Positions 29,024 to 38,970 of a stretch of DNA of 64,000 bases are shown piece after piece (the stretch's first letter is position 1; each line of letters begins with the position of its first letter). A program made the position numbers and the translations under genes. The DNA is from Minisyncoccota bacterium (GTDB taxonomy: Bacteria; Patescibacteriota; Minisyncoccia; Phycocordibacterales; UBA9973). The notes under the pieces were generated by a model. That model did not search any database and had not been told where the DNA came from. It saw nothing but the letters and a program-made list of their open reading frames with translations. The stretch is taken from contig JBAZSZ010000001.1 of assembly GCA_041662205.1 (NCBI GenBank), positions 295,978 through 359,977 on the forward strand, read 5' to 3'.

Positions 29024-30224
29024 CTACCCCGCCACCCAAGCAAATATCACCATCATAAATAACACAAGATTGACCGGAGGCAACCATGATCGGCTTTTTA
29101 AAAATTACTTTTGCCCTTCGACTACGCTCAGGACCTTCGGCGGCTTCAATTATGCATGATAAAAACTCTCCATGATAACGAATCTGTGCAGTGTAGTTTT
29201 TATTTTCTTTTGGAACTTCAGAAATCCAATTTACATTACTCAAATCTACAGAATCCCAAGCAACGCTTTCTGCGGTATTCGCAACTAAAGCTCGGTCAGC
29301 CATGTTCAAGATAGAGTGCGAGCCGTGAGAAAGCAACTGCTTTGGATTTTGTGACACATATAAAATATTCTTTTTAATGTCTTTACCAAATACATAATAA
29401 GCTCCATCTGTTGGTATTTTTTTTGTAATGGTAAAACCATGCCTTTCTCCAAGAGTATAAAAAACTACTCCATAATGATGACCAATTTCTTCCCCTATTT
29501 CATTTAACACCTTGCCTTTTTTTTCTTTTATATAATGTTTCAAAAATTCTTTTAAATCAACTGCTCCTAAAAAACAAATACCTTGACTGTCTTTTTTTTG
29601 TGCAACCAAAAGCTTGAATTTTTTTGCTAATTTTCTCACTTCAGTCTTTTTTAGATGACCTATAGGGAATAAAATTTTCTTCAATTGTTCTTGTCTCAGC
29701 GTCCACAAAAAATAACTTTGATCTTTAGAAGAATCTTCCCCTTTCGCAAGATAAAAAGATATGCCTTTTTCGGTACTCGCAACCAAAGCTCGGTCAGCCA
29801 TGTTCAAGATAGAGTGCGAGCCGTGAAAAGGTATTATCTTTTTATCTTGCGCATAATGCCCAGTAGCCACAAAGTCAGCTCCCATAGAAATAGCTTTTTT
29901 TAGAAAAGCTCCAAATTTCACTTCTTTATTACACATCACATCTGGGTTCGGAGTTCGTCCGAGTTTATATTCACTAATCATATAATCCGCCACTTCTTTC
30001 TTATAAACATCTTCAAAATCAAAAGTAAGAAATGGTATATCTAGAGCTGCTGCCACCCGCATCGCATCCATGCGTTCTTCTTCTTCGTTGCAAACTAAAA
30101 AATCTGGGTGCCAAGTTTTAATAAAAACTCCCACGACTTCATAACCTTGTTTTTTCAACAATGCTGCACTAACTGCCGAGTCAACACCACCAGACAAACC
30201 AACAAAGACTACTTTCTTTTTCAT
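29016..30224 (-). CDS. mnmA: tRNA-specific 2-thiouridylase MnmA carrying in-frame insertions
   Basis: SGGVDS, TPNPDVMCN, ATGHYA, KDQSYFL, DSQGICF, GQSCVIY. Confidence 0.96.
   Translation of the reverse strand: MKKKVVFVGLSGGVDSAVSAALLKKQGYEVVGVFIKTWHPDFLVCNEEEERMDAMRVAAALDIPFLTFDFEDVYKKEVADYMISEYKLGRTPNPDVMCNKEVKFGAFLKKAISMGADFVATGHYAQDKKIIPFHGSHSILNMADRALVASTEKGISFYLAKGEDSSKDQSYFLWTLRQEQLKKILFPIGHLKKTEVRKLAKKFKLLVAQKKDSQGICFLGAVDLKEFLKHYIKEKKGKVLNEIGEEIGHHYGVVFYTLGERHGFTITKKIPTDGAYYVFGKDIKKNILYVSQNPKQLLSHGSHSILNMADRALVANTAESVAWDSVDLSNVNWISEVPKENKNYTAQIRYHGEFLSCIIEAAEGPERSRRAKVIFKKPIMVASGQSCVIYDGDICLGGGVVV
29248..29352. repeat. Coding hairpin element, copy B in mnmA
   Basis: Core 29273-29328 is 54/56 identical to 29771-29826; arms acagaatcccaagca / tgctttggattttgt. 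Confidence 0.9.
29745..29851. repeat. Coding hairpin element, copy A in mnmA
   Basis: 17-bp perfect outer inverted repeat cgcaagataaaaagata / tatctttttatcttgcg around the shared core. Confidence 0.9.
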
Positions 30225-30233
30225 AGGTTAAAC

Positions 30234-30761
30234 TTACAATTCCATCAGCTTTTTGTAAAGCTCAAAAGTAGCGCGCGCATCTGAAAGAGCATTGTGTGGT
30301 CGCTCATTTTTAATACCAAAATACAAACACAATTCTCTTAAAGAAAAATGTTCAAAATCTTTATCGTTATGAAGTCTCGCCCAAGCGACAGAAATAGTAT
30401 CTAATTTATGATAATGCATAGTATTTAGAATCTCTGTTTTATTAAATACATATTCTAAAAATCCTGCATCAAAAGCGACATTGTGGCCCACCATAATGCA
30501 GTCTTTTACTTTTTTAGAAAGAATTTCTATTGCTTTTTTCAGACTAATTGCTTCTTTCCAATCTTGAATATTATAATGATTCACTTTTATAGCAACAGGA
30601 TCAGCATTATGAATGTGCTCTGGTATAATTTTTAATTCAAATTCTTCTAATACTTCCAGGGTAGGCGACGTAAGCACGCAACCGATTTCGATAATCTCAT
30701 GTTTAAGTAAATTAAGACCAGTGGTTTCTATGTCAATAAAAGCAAAATTATGTTTTCTCAT
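30234..30761 (-). CDS. DEDDh 3'-5' exonuclease (DnaQ-like)
   Basis: DIETTGL, GHNVAFD, HNALSDA. Confidence 0.92.
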   Translation of the reverse strand: MRKHNFAFIDIETTGLNLLKHEIIEIGCVLTSPTLEVLEEFELKIIPEHIHNADPVAIKVNHYNIQDWKEAISLKKAIEILSKKVKDCIMVGHNVAFDAGFLEYVFNKTEILNTMHYHKLDTISVAWARLHNDKDFEHFSLRELCLYFGIKNERPHNALSDARATFELYKKLMEL

Positions 30762-30797
30762 GTTTTTTTATTTGATTTAGTAAAATCACCTACCAAG

Positions 30798-31682
30798 TTA
30801 AATATTAGTTAAATATTTTTTTATATTTGCACGATGCTCAGCAAAAGTTTTTGCATAATATATTTTACCATTTTTATCATGAAGATAATAAAAGTAAGGT
30901 GAGCTTTGTGGATGAATAGCTGCTAATATCGCAGCAAGACCTGGATTCCCTATCGGGCTTTTTGGTAATCCTTTTGTTTTATAGGTCAAGGGAGCAGCAT
31001 CTACTTGAAGAGGCATTCCTTTAGAGATTCTTTTCCATAAGATTCCGGAAATTATTTCCCGATCCATGTCACCTTTTGATTCTTTTTCAATAATTGAGGC
31101 CATGATAATGATATCCTTTTCAGACTTACCAGATAAGGTAATCTCTGGAAGCAGAGGAGTAATTTTTTTATTAAAATTTTCAGTCATTGATTTTATGACA
31201 TTGGTTTCGTTTGCATTAGTAAAGAAAAAATAAGTATCAGGAAAAAGATACCCTTCTAAGTCTTTAGCTCCAACAAAAAATTTGGCCTTATCAAAATTTT
31301 CTAATTTTAAAGAAGCAATATCTCCAATTTGTTTTATATCAAAACCCTCTGGAATCGTTATCACTACGGGTACAGTTCGATGTTCACCTCCAGTGATACG
31401 TCTAGCAATTTCAAAAACAGATAATTTCTTTTCAAATAAATAATCAGCAGATATTATATGTTTTTCTCCTCCATAAATCATTACAAAAAATTCAAATATT
31501 TGCATTGAGGAAATTACATGCTCTTGTTTTAGTTGTAAGGACACACTCCGCAAGCTCACCCCAGTTTCTATTTTTATTACATTATTAACTGGAAAATCCG
31601 ACGGCGCGGTAAAAAATAGAAAATAAAAAAAAGCTAAAAAAATAACAACACCTAATATATGAAAAATATTTTTGTTCTGCAT
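30798..31682 (-). CDS. mltG: Endolytic transglycosylase MltG (start taken at MQNK)
   Basis: IPEG, LEGYLFPDTY, MASIIEKE, GLPKSPIGNPG. Confidence 0.93.
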   Translation of the reverse strand: MQNKNIFHILGVVIFLAFFYFLFFTAPSDFPVNNVIKIETGVSLRSVSLQLKQEHVISSMQIFEFFVMIYGGEKHIISADYLFEKKLSVFEIARRITGGEHRTVPVVITIPEGFDIKQIGDIASLKLENFDKAKFFVGAKDLEGYLFPDTYFFFTNANETNVIKSMTENFNKKITPLLPEITLSGKSEKDIIIMASIIEKESKGDMDREIISGILWKRISKGMPLQVDAAPLTYKTKGLPKSPIGNPGLAAILAAIHPQSSPYFYYLHDKNGKIYYAKTFAEHRANIKKYLTNI

Positions 31683-31686
31683 ATAT

Positions 31687-33030
31687 TTATATTGGCAAAT
31701 TTGTTGGAGGAGAAGCTTCTTTGGACTCAATACGTTCAAGTGTAGGAACTTTCAAGATCTGACCTGGGAAGTGCCAAATAGTCGCCAACTCTTCTACATT
31801 TAAAACATAAGTATCATGATGAGCATATGCATTAATCACGGAATCAAGAGGCCATTTCCAAACATGCTTAGAAAAAAGATGATGTCGAAGCGGAAGATGA
31901 AAAAAAGCGCGTTCACGGTATTCATGTAGCATTCTGTTTGCCAACATCATCACTGTTTCTGCAGATGCGGAAAATATACCACTATAGAAATCCGCCTGAG
32001 CTGAATTTATACGATAAAATTCATTACAGTCCGGCTTGGCATATTGGCGAAACAGAAGACGCATGTTTCTTCTATTGCTCATATCATATACTTCTTTTTT
32101 GGCTATATACATTATTCGAACACCAGTCTCAAATCCTACCTTAGAAGTCTTGGCAGATATTGCTGTGACCATATTTTTATAAACATCAGGGGTACGAATT
32201 TCTATTCTTGCACCCTCATCTTTGACAGCAGTAAATGGCTTTAATATGTTAAATATTTCTTTTTTAGACTCTTCTACCCAGCTATGTGGAACATTGTCGG
32301 TACTTGGTTTTGGTGTAATAACAATCTGAATCCATGCCTGCTCCCCCTTTTTGAGCGAACCAAAAAATTCTACCACTGGGGAGATGGGGTCAACTTTAAA
32401 TTCTTCTTTAGGATCTTTGTCTAAGCCGAAATCAACGTATGTTTTGATAGGATAAGCCTGATGTTTTGTCAGCTTAAACTCACATCCCCAGCCGTTCCAA
32501 GAACTTTTAGGAGAAATATCATCCACTGCTAAAGTATAATCTTCTACGACTTTCACCTGAGCCTGAGGATATTGCGCGTACATTTGGGTTTCGATAAGGT
32601 CTTTAATACGGGTCGGGGTGCGAATATAAAAATGCACCTGTCCCTCAAGAGAAACAATTTCCAATGAAAACCAAAGCCACACGGCTCCCTGCCACCACTC
32701 TTCCTTGCCTCCTTTTATACTCCAGTGATAAAGGGCATTAGTAAAGAAAAGCTCCATCGCTTTCGGACTTCGCAATACCTCACGCGGAGGCACTATTTCA
32801 AGCAATACATAATCTATGCCAGAAATAAAATCCTGCTGAACATAATGCAACCAAAGCTTCCAAGCGAGCCACCCTAAAAAAATTGTCCCAGCCAAAGCCA
32901 AAACTCCTATTACCGCATTATATTTCCACACAAAATAACCTAAGATTATAACAATAATCCAGAGCCAAGATTCTTTTATAAAATTAAAAATAGATACTTC
33001 TATACTCGGTCCTACTTTTGCTTCCGCCAT
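31687..33030 (-). CDS. Conserved membrane-anchored protein resembling the N-terminal region of CPR VirD4-like proteins
   Basis: Two N-terminal TMs; LLEIVPP, FSLEIVS, YAQYPQA, EELATIWHFP, PPTNLP. Confidence 0.55.
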   Translation of the reverse strand: MAEAKVGPSIEVSIFNFIKESWLWIIVIILGYFVWKYNAVIGVLALAGTIFLGWLAWKLWLHYVQQDFISGIDYVLLEIVPPREVLRSPKAMELFFTNALYHWSIKGGKEEWWQGAVWLWFSLEIVSLEGQVHFYIRTPTRIKDLIETQMYAQYPQAQVKVVEDYTLAVDDISPKSSWNGWGCEFKLTKHQAYPIKTYVDFGLDKDPKEEFKVDPISPVVEFFGSLKKGEQAWIQIVITPKPSTDNVPHSWVEESKKEIFNILKPFTAVKDEGARIEIRTPDVYKNMVTAISAKTSKVGFETGVRIMYIAKKEVYDMSNRRNMRLLFRQYAKPDCNEFYRINSAQADFYSGIFSASAETVMMLANRMLHEYRERAFFHLPLRHHLFSKHVWKWPLDSVINAYAHHDTYVLNVEELATIWHFPGQILKVPTLERIESKEASPPTNLPI

Positions 33031-33076
33031 TAGTATATTTTAATACATATGCATTAAAATAACAAAGAAAAAACTT

Positions 33077-34108
33077 TTACGCTATAGTATAAAATCCGTT
33101 TTTGTTTTTCTTGAAATATTTTGAATTAGCGAGATTCACTAAAATAGTATTCTTTTTGAAATATCTTTCTTTCATCACCCTTTTTACTATCTCATCCTTT
33201 GATAAGGGCTCCCCTTCTTTTTTAAGAATATCTTGGATGACTTCACGAGCAATACCTGACTTATAACCCCATTCAGCAAGAGCATATATTCCTCTACCAA
33301 CTAAAATAAAACGAGAATCTTTTATGAGCTCATTGTGACAAGTGGCGTAATGTATTTTTTTACCAAAAGTTTTAGAAATGGAATCTGCAACTTCTTTAAA
33401 ATGCATTGGCGAACCGTGACGTCTCATTATCAAAAAAGCATAATCTTTAACTCCCCGAGTACGAATATTCGGAGAAGAAGCCTTACCCCATTCTCCTAAT
33501 TCATTTTTGGCAATAGTCTTAGAAATAGAAAGCCATCTTTTAGCCATCTCTTCATTTTTATATTCTTCAGATATATCTTTCATGTGATCAAGGAACTTTT
33601 TTATCATTTCTGTTTCTGGAATCAGATCTTCATCTTTAAGACTTGCATAAAGTTTCCGAAGAGCCTCATGGACTTTATTGGCCATAGCATCATCGACACT
33701 GTAGCGAGTATGAAAATGTTCATCTTCACGATGTTTTTTAAAAACATCAGCTAATACCAAGAAAAAATTGATATGATTTTGGGTATTTTTATCTTTAGAA
33801 ATGTAAGGCAAAAATTCATGTTCGGCGACAATAGATCCTAAGTTGTGAACTATCTGCCTTAACTCATCAAAAATAGCTTGCTCATCTTTATAAGCATCAG
33901 ACTTTTTAATAAGATTAATGGCTGCCTCTTCAACTTGACGAACACGTTCCCTTGTAATTTTATATTTTTTTCCAATCTCTTCGAGAGTTTTTTTGCTACC
34001 ATCGGGAGTTAAACCAAAACGATTCATAATAACGTCCAAGGTACGATTGGGTAAATGTGAAGTTATTTTTTTGGTTATTTTTTGAGGTTTAAAAGTTATC
34101 GTTGACAT
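33077..34108 (-). CDS. Sigma-70 region 4 plus HARE-HTH domain protein
   Basis: RFGL..TLEEIGKKYKITRERVRQVE; PMHFKEV, HNELIKDSRFILVGRGIYAL. Confidence 0.75.
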   Translation of the reverse strand: MSTITFKPQKITKKITSHLPNRTLDVIMNRFGLTPDGSKKTLEEIGKKYKITRERVRQVEEAAINLIKKSDAYKDEQAIFDELRQIVHNLGSIVAEHEFLPYISKDKNTQNHINFFLVLADVFKKHREDEHFHTRYSVDDAMANKVHEALRKLYASLKDEDLIPETEMIKKFLDHMKDISEEYKNEEMAKRWLSISKTIAKNELGEWGKASSPNIRTRGVKDYAFLIMRRHGSPMHFKEVADSISKTFGKKIHYATCHNELIKDSRFILVGRGIYALAEWGYKSGIAREVIQDILKKEGEPLSKDEIVKRVMKERYFKKNTILVNLANSKYFKKNKNGFYTIA

Positions 34109-34114
34109 ATATTT

Positions 34115-35926
34115 TTATCTTTTTGATTTAGCTCTATCTAGCTCAGTTAAAAATCTTTTACGAAGTCTGACAGATTTTGGTGTAATTTCTAAATATTCAT
34201 CTCCATTCATAACCTCTAGGCCTCGCTCGATGCTCAAAGTAAAAACTGGATTCAGAGTTATTGCTTCATCAGTACCAGAAGCTCGCATATTAGTAAGCTG
34301 TTTACCCTTTGTAGGATTAACAGACATGTCATCTCCTTTCAGAACATTACCAACAACCATCCCTTCGTAAACATCTGTTCCATGACCTATATACAGTATA
34401 CCACGTTCTTGCAAGTTTGCAAGAGAAAAAGCCACTGCCTTGCCAGAAACCATAGAAGCCATAGAGCCATACTCTCTTTTTTTTATTTCTCCAGCGTATT
34501 CTCTAAAGCCGGTAACTCTCGAACTCATTATTCCTTCTCCTTTTGTGTCTATAATAAATTCACTACGATAACCTAAAAGTCCACGAGTCGGTATATCAAA
34601 AATAACCCTTGCAATACCTTCTTTTTCCACCATGTCTTTCATAATACCTCGTCTTTTGCCAATTTTTTCTATGACACTCCCAGAAAATTCCATTGGAACA
34701 TCTATCACTAATTCTTCATAAGGCTCTGTCTTTATTCCATCTTTTTCTTTTATAATAACTTCTGGCTGAGAAACTTGCATTTCAAAACCTTCTCTTCGCA
34801 TATTTTCTAACAATATTGCAATATGCAATTCTCCTCGGCCATATACTTTAAAAAATGAAGGGCCTACTTGCTGACTATTTTTACTGTCTTGATCTGGAGA
34901 AAAATCAACTTTAAGTCCAACGTTTATTTCTAATTCTTTTTCTAGTCTCTCTTTGATTTGTCTGGATGTGACAAACTTGCCTTCAAGGCCCGCAAAAGGA
35001 GAATCGTTTACTAAAAAATTAAGGGAAAGGGTTGGTTCATCAATAGCGATGTGGGGCAATATTTCTACAGTTTCATCTTCGCATATTGTTTCCCCAATAT
35101 AAATATCTGGAATTCCAGCCAAGAGAACAATATCACCTGAAGTAGCAGAATTTGTTTCTTTTCTATTTATACCCTCAAAAATAAAAAGCTTTGTAATTTT
35201 TCCTTTACGTGTTCCATTTTCCCCTTTTACAAAAACCTGACTACCTGATGTTATTTTTCCAGAATAAATTCTAGCCACTGCCATTCTGCCTAAAAAATTA
35301 TCATAGCCCAAATTAAAAACTTGCGCGGACATTTTTTTTTCTTCATTAATGGAAGCTGAAGAAACTTTTTCTAATATTAAATCGAGTAAAGGAGAAAGGT
35401 CGGCAGACTCATCACCTAGATTTCTAAACGCTTTTCCTTGTCGTCCAATTGCATAGATTGTTTCAAAGTTTGCTTGCTCTTCATTTGCGCCTAATTCAAA
35501 AAATAACTCCAAAATTTCTTCGTGTACTTTGTGCGGATCAGCTGCTGGCTTGTCTATTTTGTTTATGACCACTATCGGCTTGAGGCCTAATTCTAAAGAT
35601 TTTTTTAGAACAAATCTAGTCTGGGGCATTGGTCCCTCCGCTGCATCTACCAACAACAACACGGAATCTATCGCGCGTAAAACACGCTCTACCTCTGAAC
35701 CAAAATCCGCGTGTCCAGGAGTATCCACAATATTTATCTTCGTATCCTTATAGTAGATAGAAGTATTTTTAGAATAAATAGTAATACCACGCTCTTTTTC
35801 TAGATCGTTTGAGTCCATTGAAAGTCCCTCATCTTGGAGACCACCATTTTGCTTCATCAAGGCATCAGTCAAAGTAGTCTTGCCGTGATCCACATGAGCT
35901 ATTATTGCTATATTTCTAATTTCCAT
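34115..35926 (-). CDS. typA: Translational GTPase TypA/BipA
   Basis: AHVDHGKTT, DTPGHADF, GRGELH, KGKQLTNMRASGTD, EITPKSVRLRK. Confidence 0.97.
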   Translation of the reverse strand: MEIRNIAIIAHVDHGKTTLTDALMKQNGGLQDEGLSMDSNDLEKERGITIYSKNTSIYYKDTKINIVDTPGHADFGSEVERVLRAIDSVLLLVDAAEGPMPQTRFVLKKSLELGLKPIVVINKIDKPAADPHKVHEEILELFFELGANEEQANFETIYAIGRQGKAFRNLGDESADLSPLLDLILEKVSSASINEEKKMSAQVFNLGYDNFLGRMAVARIYSGKITSGSQVFVKGENGTRKGKITKLFIFEGINRKETNSATSGDIVLLAGIPDIYIGETICEDETVEILPHIAIDEPTLSLNFLVNDSPFAGLEGKFVTSRQIKERLEKELEINVGLKVDFSPDQDSKNSQQVGPSFFKVYGRGELHIAILLENMRREGFEMQVSQPEVIIKEKDGIKTEPYEELVIDVPMEFSGSVIEKIGKRRGIMKDMVEKEGIARVIFDIPTRGLLGYRSEFIIDTKGEGIMSSRVTGFREYAGEIKKREYGSMASMVSGKAVAFSLANLQERGILYIGHGTDVYEGMVVGNVLKGDDMSVNPTKGKQLTNMRASGTDEAITLNPVFTLSIERGLEVMNGDEYLEITPKSVRLRKRFLTELDRAKSKR

Positions 35927-36074
35927 ATTTTTTATTTATATTTTTATCTTAACGAAACAAAAAAGCCCTAAGGCCTTTTTGAAATATATTTTATAATAAC
36001 ATTGTTTTTTGTAAACAACAAGTCTAAAAATAAAAAGATGCAAAAAATATAATTTTGTGTTAATTTATATTCAT

Positions 36075-36160
36075 GCGTCGGTGGTAGAGCGGTCAAATAC
36101 AAGGGACTGTAAATCCCTCGCCTTCGGGCTACGAAGGTTCGAATCCTTCCCGGCGCACCA
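36075..36160 (+). tRNA. tRNA-Tyr(GTA), CCA encoded
   Basis: Acceptor GCGTCGG/CCGGCGC, anticodon loop CTGTAAA, long variable arm, GGTTCGAATCC. Confidence 0.95.
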
Positions 36161-36163
36161 GAG

Positions 36164-38896
36164 TTAAACCGAGGATCTAGATTTTACTCGAATTGAGCTT
36201 TTGACTTTACCTGCCCGTCCTTTGGTGTGGTCTTTTTTGGTTTCTACAGTAATCTCATTATTTTTTTCTGAAACAATGACCGTATCCCCTTTGGAAACTT
36301 TGTTTGAAATTATATAAGATGCAACTGAATTCAAAATCTTATTTTGAATCAAGCGGTTAAGTGGTCTCGCACCATAATGCGGATTATAGCCTTCTTTGGC
36401 TAAATATGAAAGCGCCCCATCAGAAATTTCAAAATTTATTCCTTTAGCTTTCAAGCGATCAACCACAACTTTAATTCGCAAATTAACTATTTCTTTTAGA
36501 GCCTCCTCTGACAAAACATCAAAGACGATAATCTCATCCAGACGATTTAAAAATTCTGGACGAAAATTATCCTTTAGTGCTTCTGTGACTTTTTCTTTCA
36601 TACTGCCGTAATCTTGTTTTTGAGAGTTGTTCGAAAATCCAATTGATTCCATTTTTTCTACGAATTGCGAACCGATATTGGAAGTCAAAATTATAATAGT
36701 ATTTTTAAAATTCACTACTCTTCCTTTGCCATCAGTCAATCTTCCTTCATCAATCACTTGTAAAAGCATATTAAAAACTTCTGGATGAGCTTTTTCAATT
36801 TCATCAAAAAGAATTACCGCATATGGACGATGCCGAACAGCTTCAGTCAATTGACCAGCTTCATCATATCCCACATATCCTGGTGGAGATCCGATAAGCT
36901 TGGACATGGAATGTCTCTCTGTGTATTCAGACATATCCACTCGGATAATAGCGCTCTCATCATTAAACATGAATTGTCCGAGCGCTTTGGTGAGCTCTGT
37001 TTTGCCGACACCAGATGGACCTAGAAAAATAAAAGAACCAATCGGACGATTTGGATCTCCGATACCAGCACGAGAACGGCGAATAACATCTGACACACGT
37101 AGGATTGCAGCGTCCTGACCCACCACTCTCTTTTTTAATTCAACTTCCATTTTTTCAAGTTTTTCACGTTCTTCTTCGAGCATCTTGGTGAGCGGTATCC
37201 CCGTCCAACGAGCTACCACCTCGGCAATGTCTTCAGCGGTAATTTCTTCTTTCAAAATTCTGCGGGATTTTTGTAATTTCTTTAATCGTGCAAGTTTTAT
37301 ATCAAGTTCTTTTTGAAGTGTCGGAATTTTTCCATAACGTAATTCAGCAGCCAAGGTAAGATCTGCTTTCATTTCTGCATCCTCAGCCTCTAGACGAATA
37401 CCCTCAAGATCTTTCTTGATACCTCTGATTTCCAAAACGATTGCTTTTTCATTCTGCCATTTTAATTCTAATTCCTTTGTCTTCTCAGACAAATTTCCTA
37501 TTTCTTTGTCTATTTCTTTAATTCTATTTTTTATTTCATTATTTTTTTCTTGTGCTTTCCCTTTTTCTTTTTCTTCCCCACCAGAAGAGCTGATCTCTTT
37601 CTTTAGAGCTTCTTTTTCAATTTCTAAACGCATTGTTTTTTTATTCGCATCTTCTAAAATTGGTGGCTTATTTTCAAGCATTATCTTTAGGGAAGAAGAA
37701 GCTTCATCAATCAAATCCACTGCTTTGTCTGGTAAAAATCTATTTGTGATATAACGAGAAGAAAGGTTGACTGCAGACACGATAGCATCATCAGTGATTC
37801 TAATACCATGGAAAAGTTCATATCTCTCTTTGAGTCCTCGAAGGATGGTAATTGTATCTTCTATACTTGGCTCGTCAATATAGACAGGCTGAAAACGACG
37901 CGCAAGAGCGGGATCTTTTTCAATATGTTTTTGATATTCTCGCAAGGTTGTGGCGCCGATAGCTCGAAGTTCTCCGCGAGAAAGCGCTGGCTTCAACATA
38001 TTTGAAGCATCCATTGTGCCTTCAGCTCCGCCTGCACCGACTATCGTATGAATCTCGTCAATAAAAAGAATTATTTTTCCAGCAGACCGTTCGATCTCTT
38101 TCATAATACCTTTCAATCTCTCTTCAAACTCTCCACGATATTTTGTACCAGCCACGAGCATTCCTAGATCAAGAGAAACAACTTCTTTGTCTTTTAAAGA
38201 TTCAGGAATATTATTTTTTGCAATCAATTGAGCCAGCCCCTCCACTACCGCAGTTTTGCCAGTCCCCGCCTCACCAATTAAAATAGGATTATTTTTTGTT
38301 CGACGTGAGAGAATCTGCATGATGCGAGTGATTTCATTATCCCGACCAATAACTGGATCTAATTTATCTTCTTTAGCTAGCTTGGTTAAATTACGAGTAT
38401 ACTTCATTAATAATTTAAATTGTTTTGGCGGGGTTACGTCTGTGATATTTTGACTACGAAGTTCTTCTAAAACTTTCAGAACTTGATCTTTGTGAATACG
38501 AAATCTAGCTAAAGTCTCACGCGCCTCACTTGTGACTTCTAAAATTGCGATAAAAAGATGTTCTGTCGAAACAAAATCATCTTTCATAAATTCTGCTAAT
38601 TTAGCCGACTGCTCTATGACTTGGGCTAAATCGGGATTGAGATAAATCTGATACGAAGGTGAAATAGTGCTACGTGTTTCTGGGGCTTCAATTAATTCTA
38701 AAACAGAATCAGTCAAAAGCATTGTATCGATTTCCAATTTATCTAAAATAGAATTCACCATGGATTCCTCCTGTAATAAGAGTGCACCGAGTAAATGCAA
38801 TGACGAAACATGATTCATTCCTCGTTCAATAGCCAGCTCATGGGCTTTTTTGATGGCATCTTTAGCTTTAGTTGTAAATTTATTTAAGGGTGGCAT
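36164..38896 (-). CDS. clpB: AAA+ chaperone ClpB
   Basis: Two Walker A motifs ([16 protein letters not shown]), long coiled-coil middle domain with AAELRYG. Confidence 0.9.
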   Translation of the reverse strand: MPPLNKFTTKAKDAIKKAHELAIERGMNHVSSLHLLGALLLQEESMVNSILDKLEIDTMLLTDSVLELIEAPETRSTISPSYQIYLNPDLAQVIEQSAKLAEFMKDDFVSTEHLFIAILEVTSEARETLARFRIHKDQVLKVLEELRSQNITDVTPPKQFKLLMKYTRNLTKLAKEDKLDPVIGRDNEITRIMQILSRRTKNNPILIGEAGTGKTAVVEGLAQLIAKNNIPESLKDKEVVSLDLGMLVAGTKYRGEFEERLKGIMKEIERSAGKIILFIDEIHTIVGAGGAEGTMDASNMLKPALSRGELRAIGATTLREYQKHIEKDPALARRFQPVYIDEPSIEDTITILRGLKERYELFHGIRITDDAIVSAVNLSSRYITNRFLPDKAVDLIDEASSSLKIMLENKPPILEDANKKTMRLEIEKEALKKEISSSGGEEKEKGKAQEKNNEIKNRIKEIDKEIGNLSEKTKELELKWQNEKAIVLEIRGIKKDLEGIRLEAEDAEMKADLTLAAELRYGKIPTLQKELDIKLARLKKLQKSRRILKEEITAEDIAEVVARWTGIPLTKMLEEEREKLEKMEVELKKRVVGQDAAILRVSDVIRRSRAGIGDPNRPIGSFIFLGPSGVGKTELTKALGQFMFNDESAIIRVDMSEYTERHSMSKLIGSPPGYVGYDEAGQLTEAVRHRPYAVILFDEIEKAHPEVFNMLLQVIDEGRLTDGKGRVVNFKNTIIILTSNIGSQFVEKMESIGFSNNSQKQDYGSMKEKVTEALKDNFRPEFLNRLDEIIVFDVLSEEALKEIVNLRIKVVVDRLKAKGINFEISDGALSYLAKEGYNPHYGARPLNRLIQNKILNSVASYIISNKVSKGDTVIVSEKNNEITVETKKDHTKGRAGKVKSSIRVKSRSSV

Positions 38897-38970
38897 ATAT
38901 ATTTAAATTAGGTTATATATTTTATATTATACACTACCTGTCAAGCGTAAAAAGTTTTATTAAATTTTTT

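Noticed and set aside
34855-34915. typA loop SPDQDSKNSQQVGPSF as another hairpin insert (also gyr[10 protein letters not shown] near 51180)
   Set aside because: They look like insertions and share aaaaatagtca, but no convincing inverted repeat was found by eye
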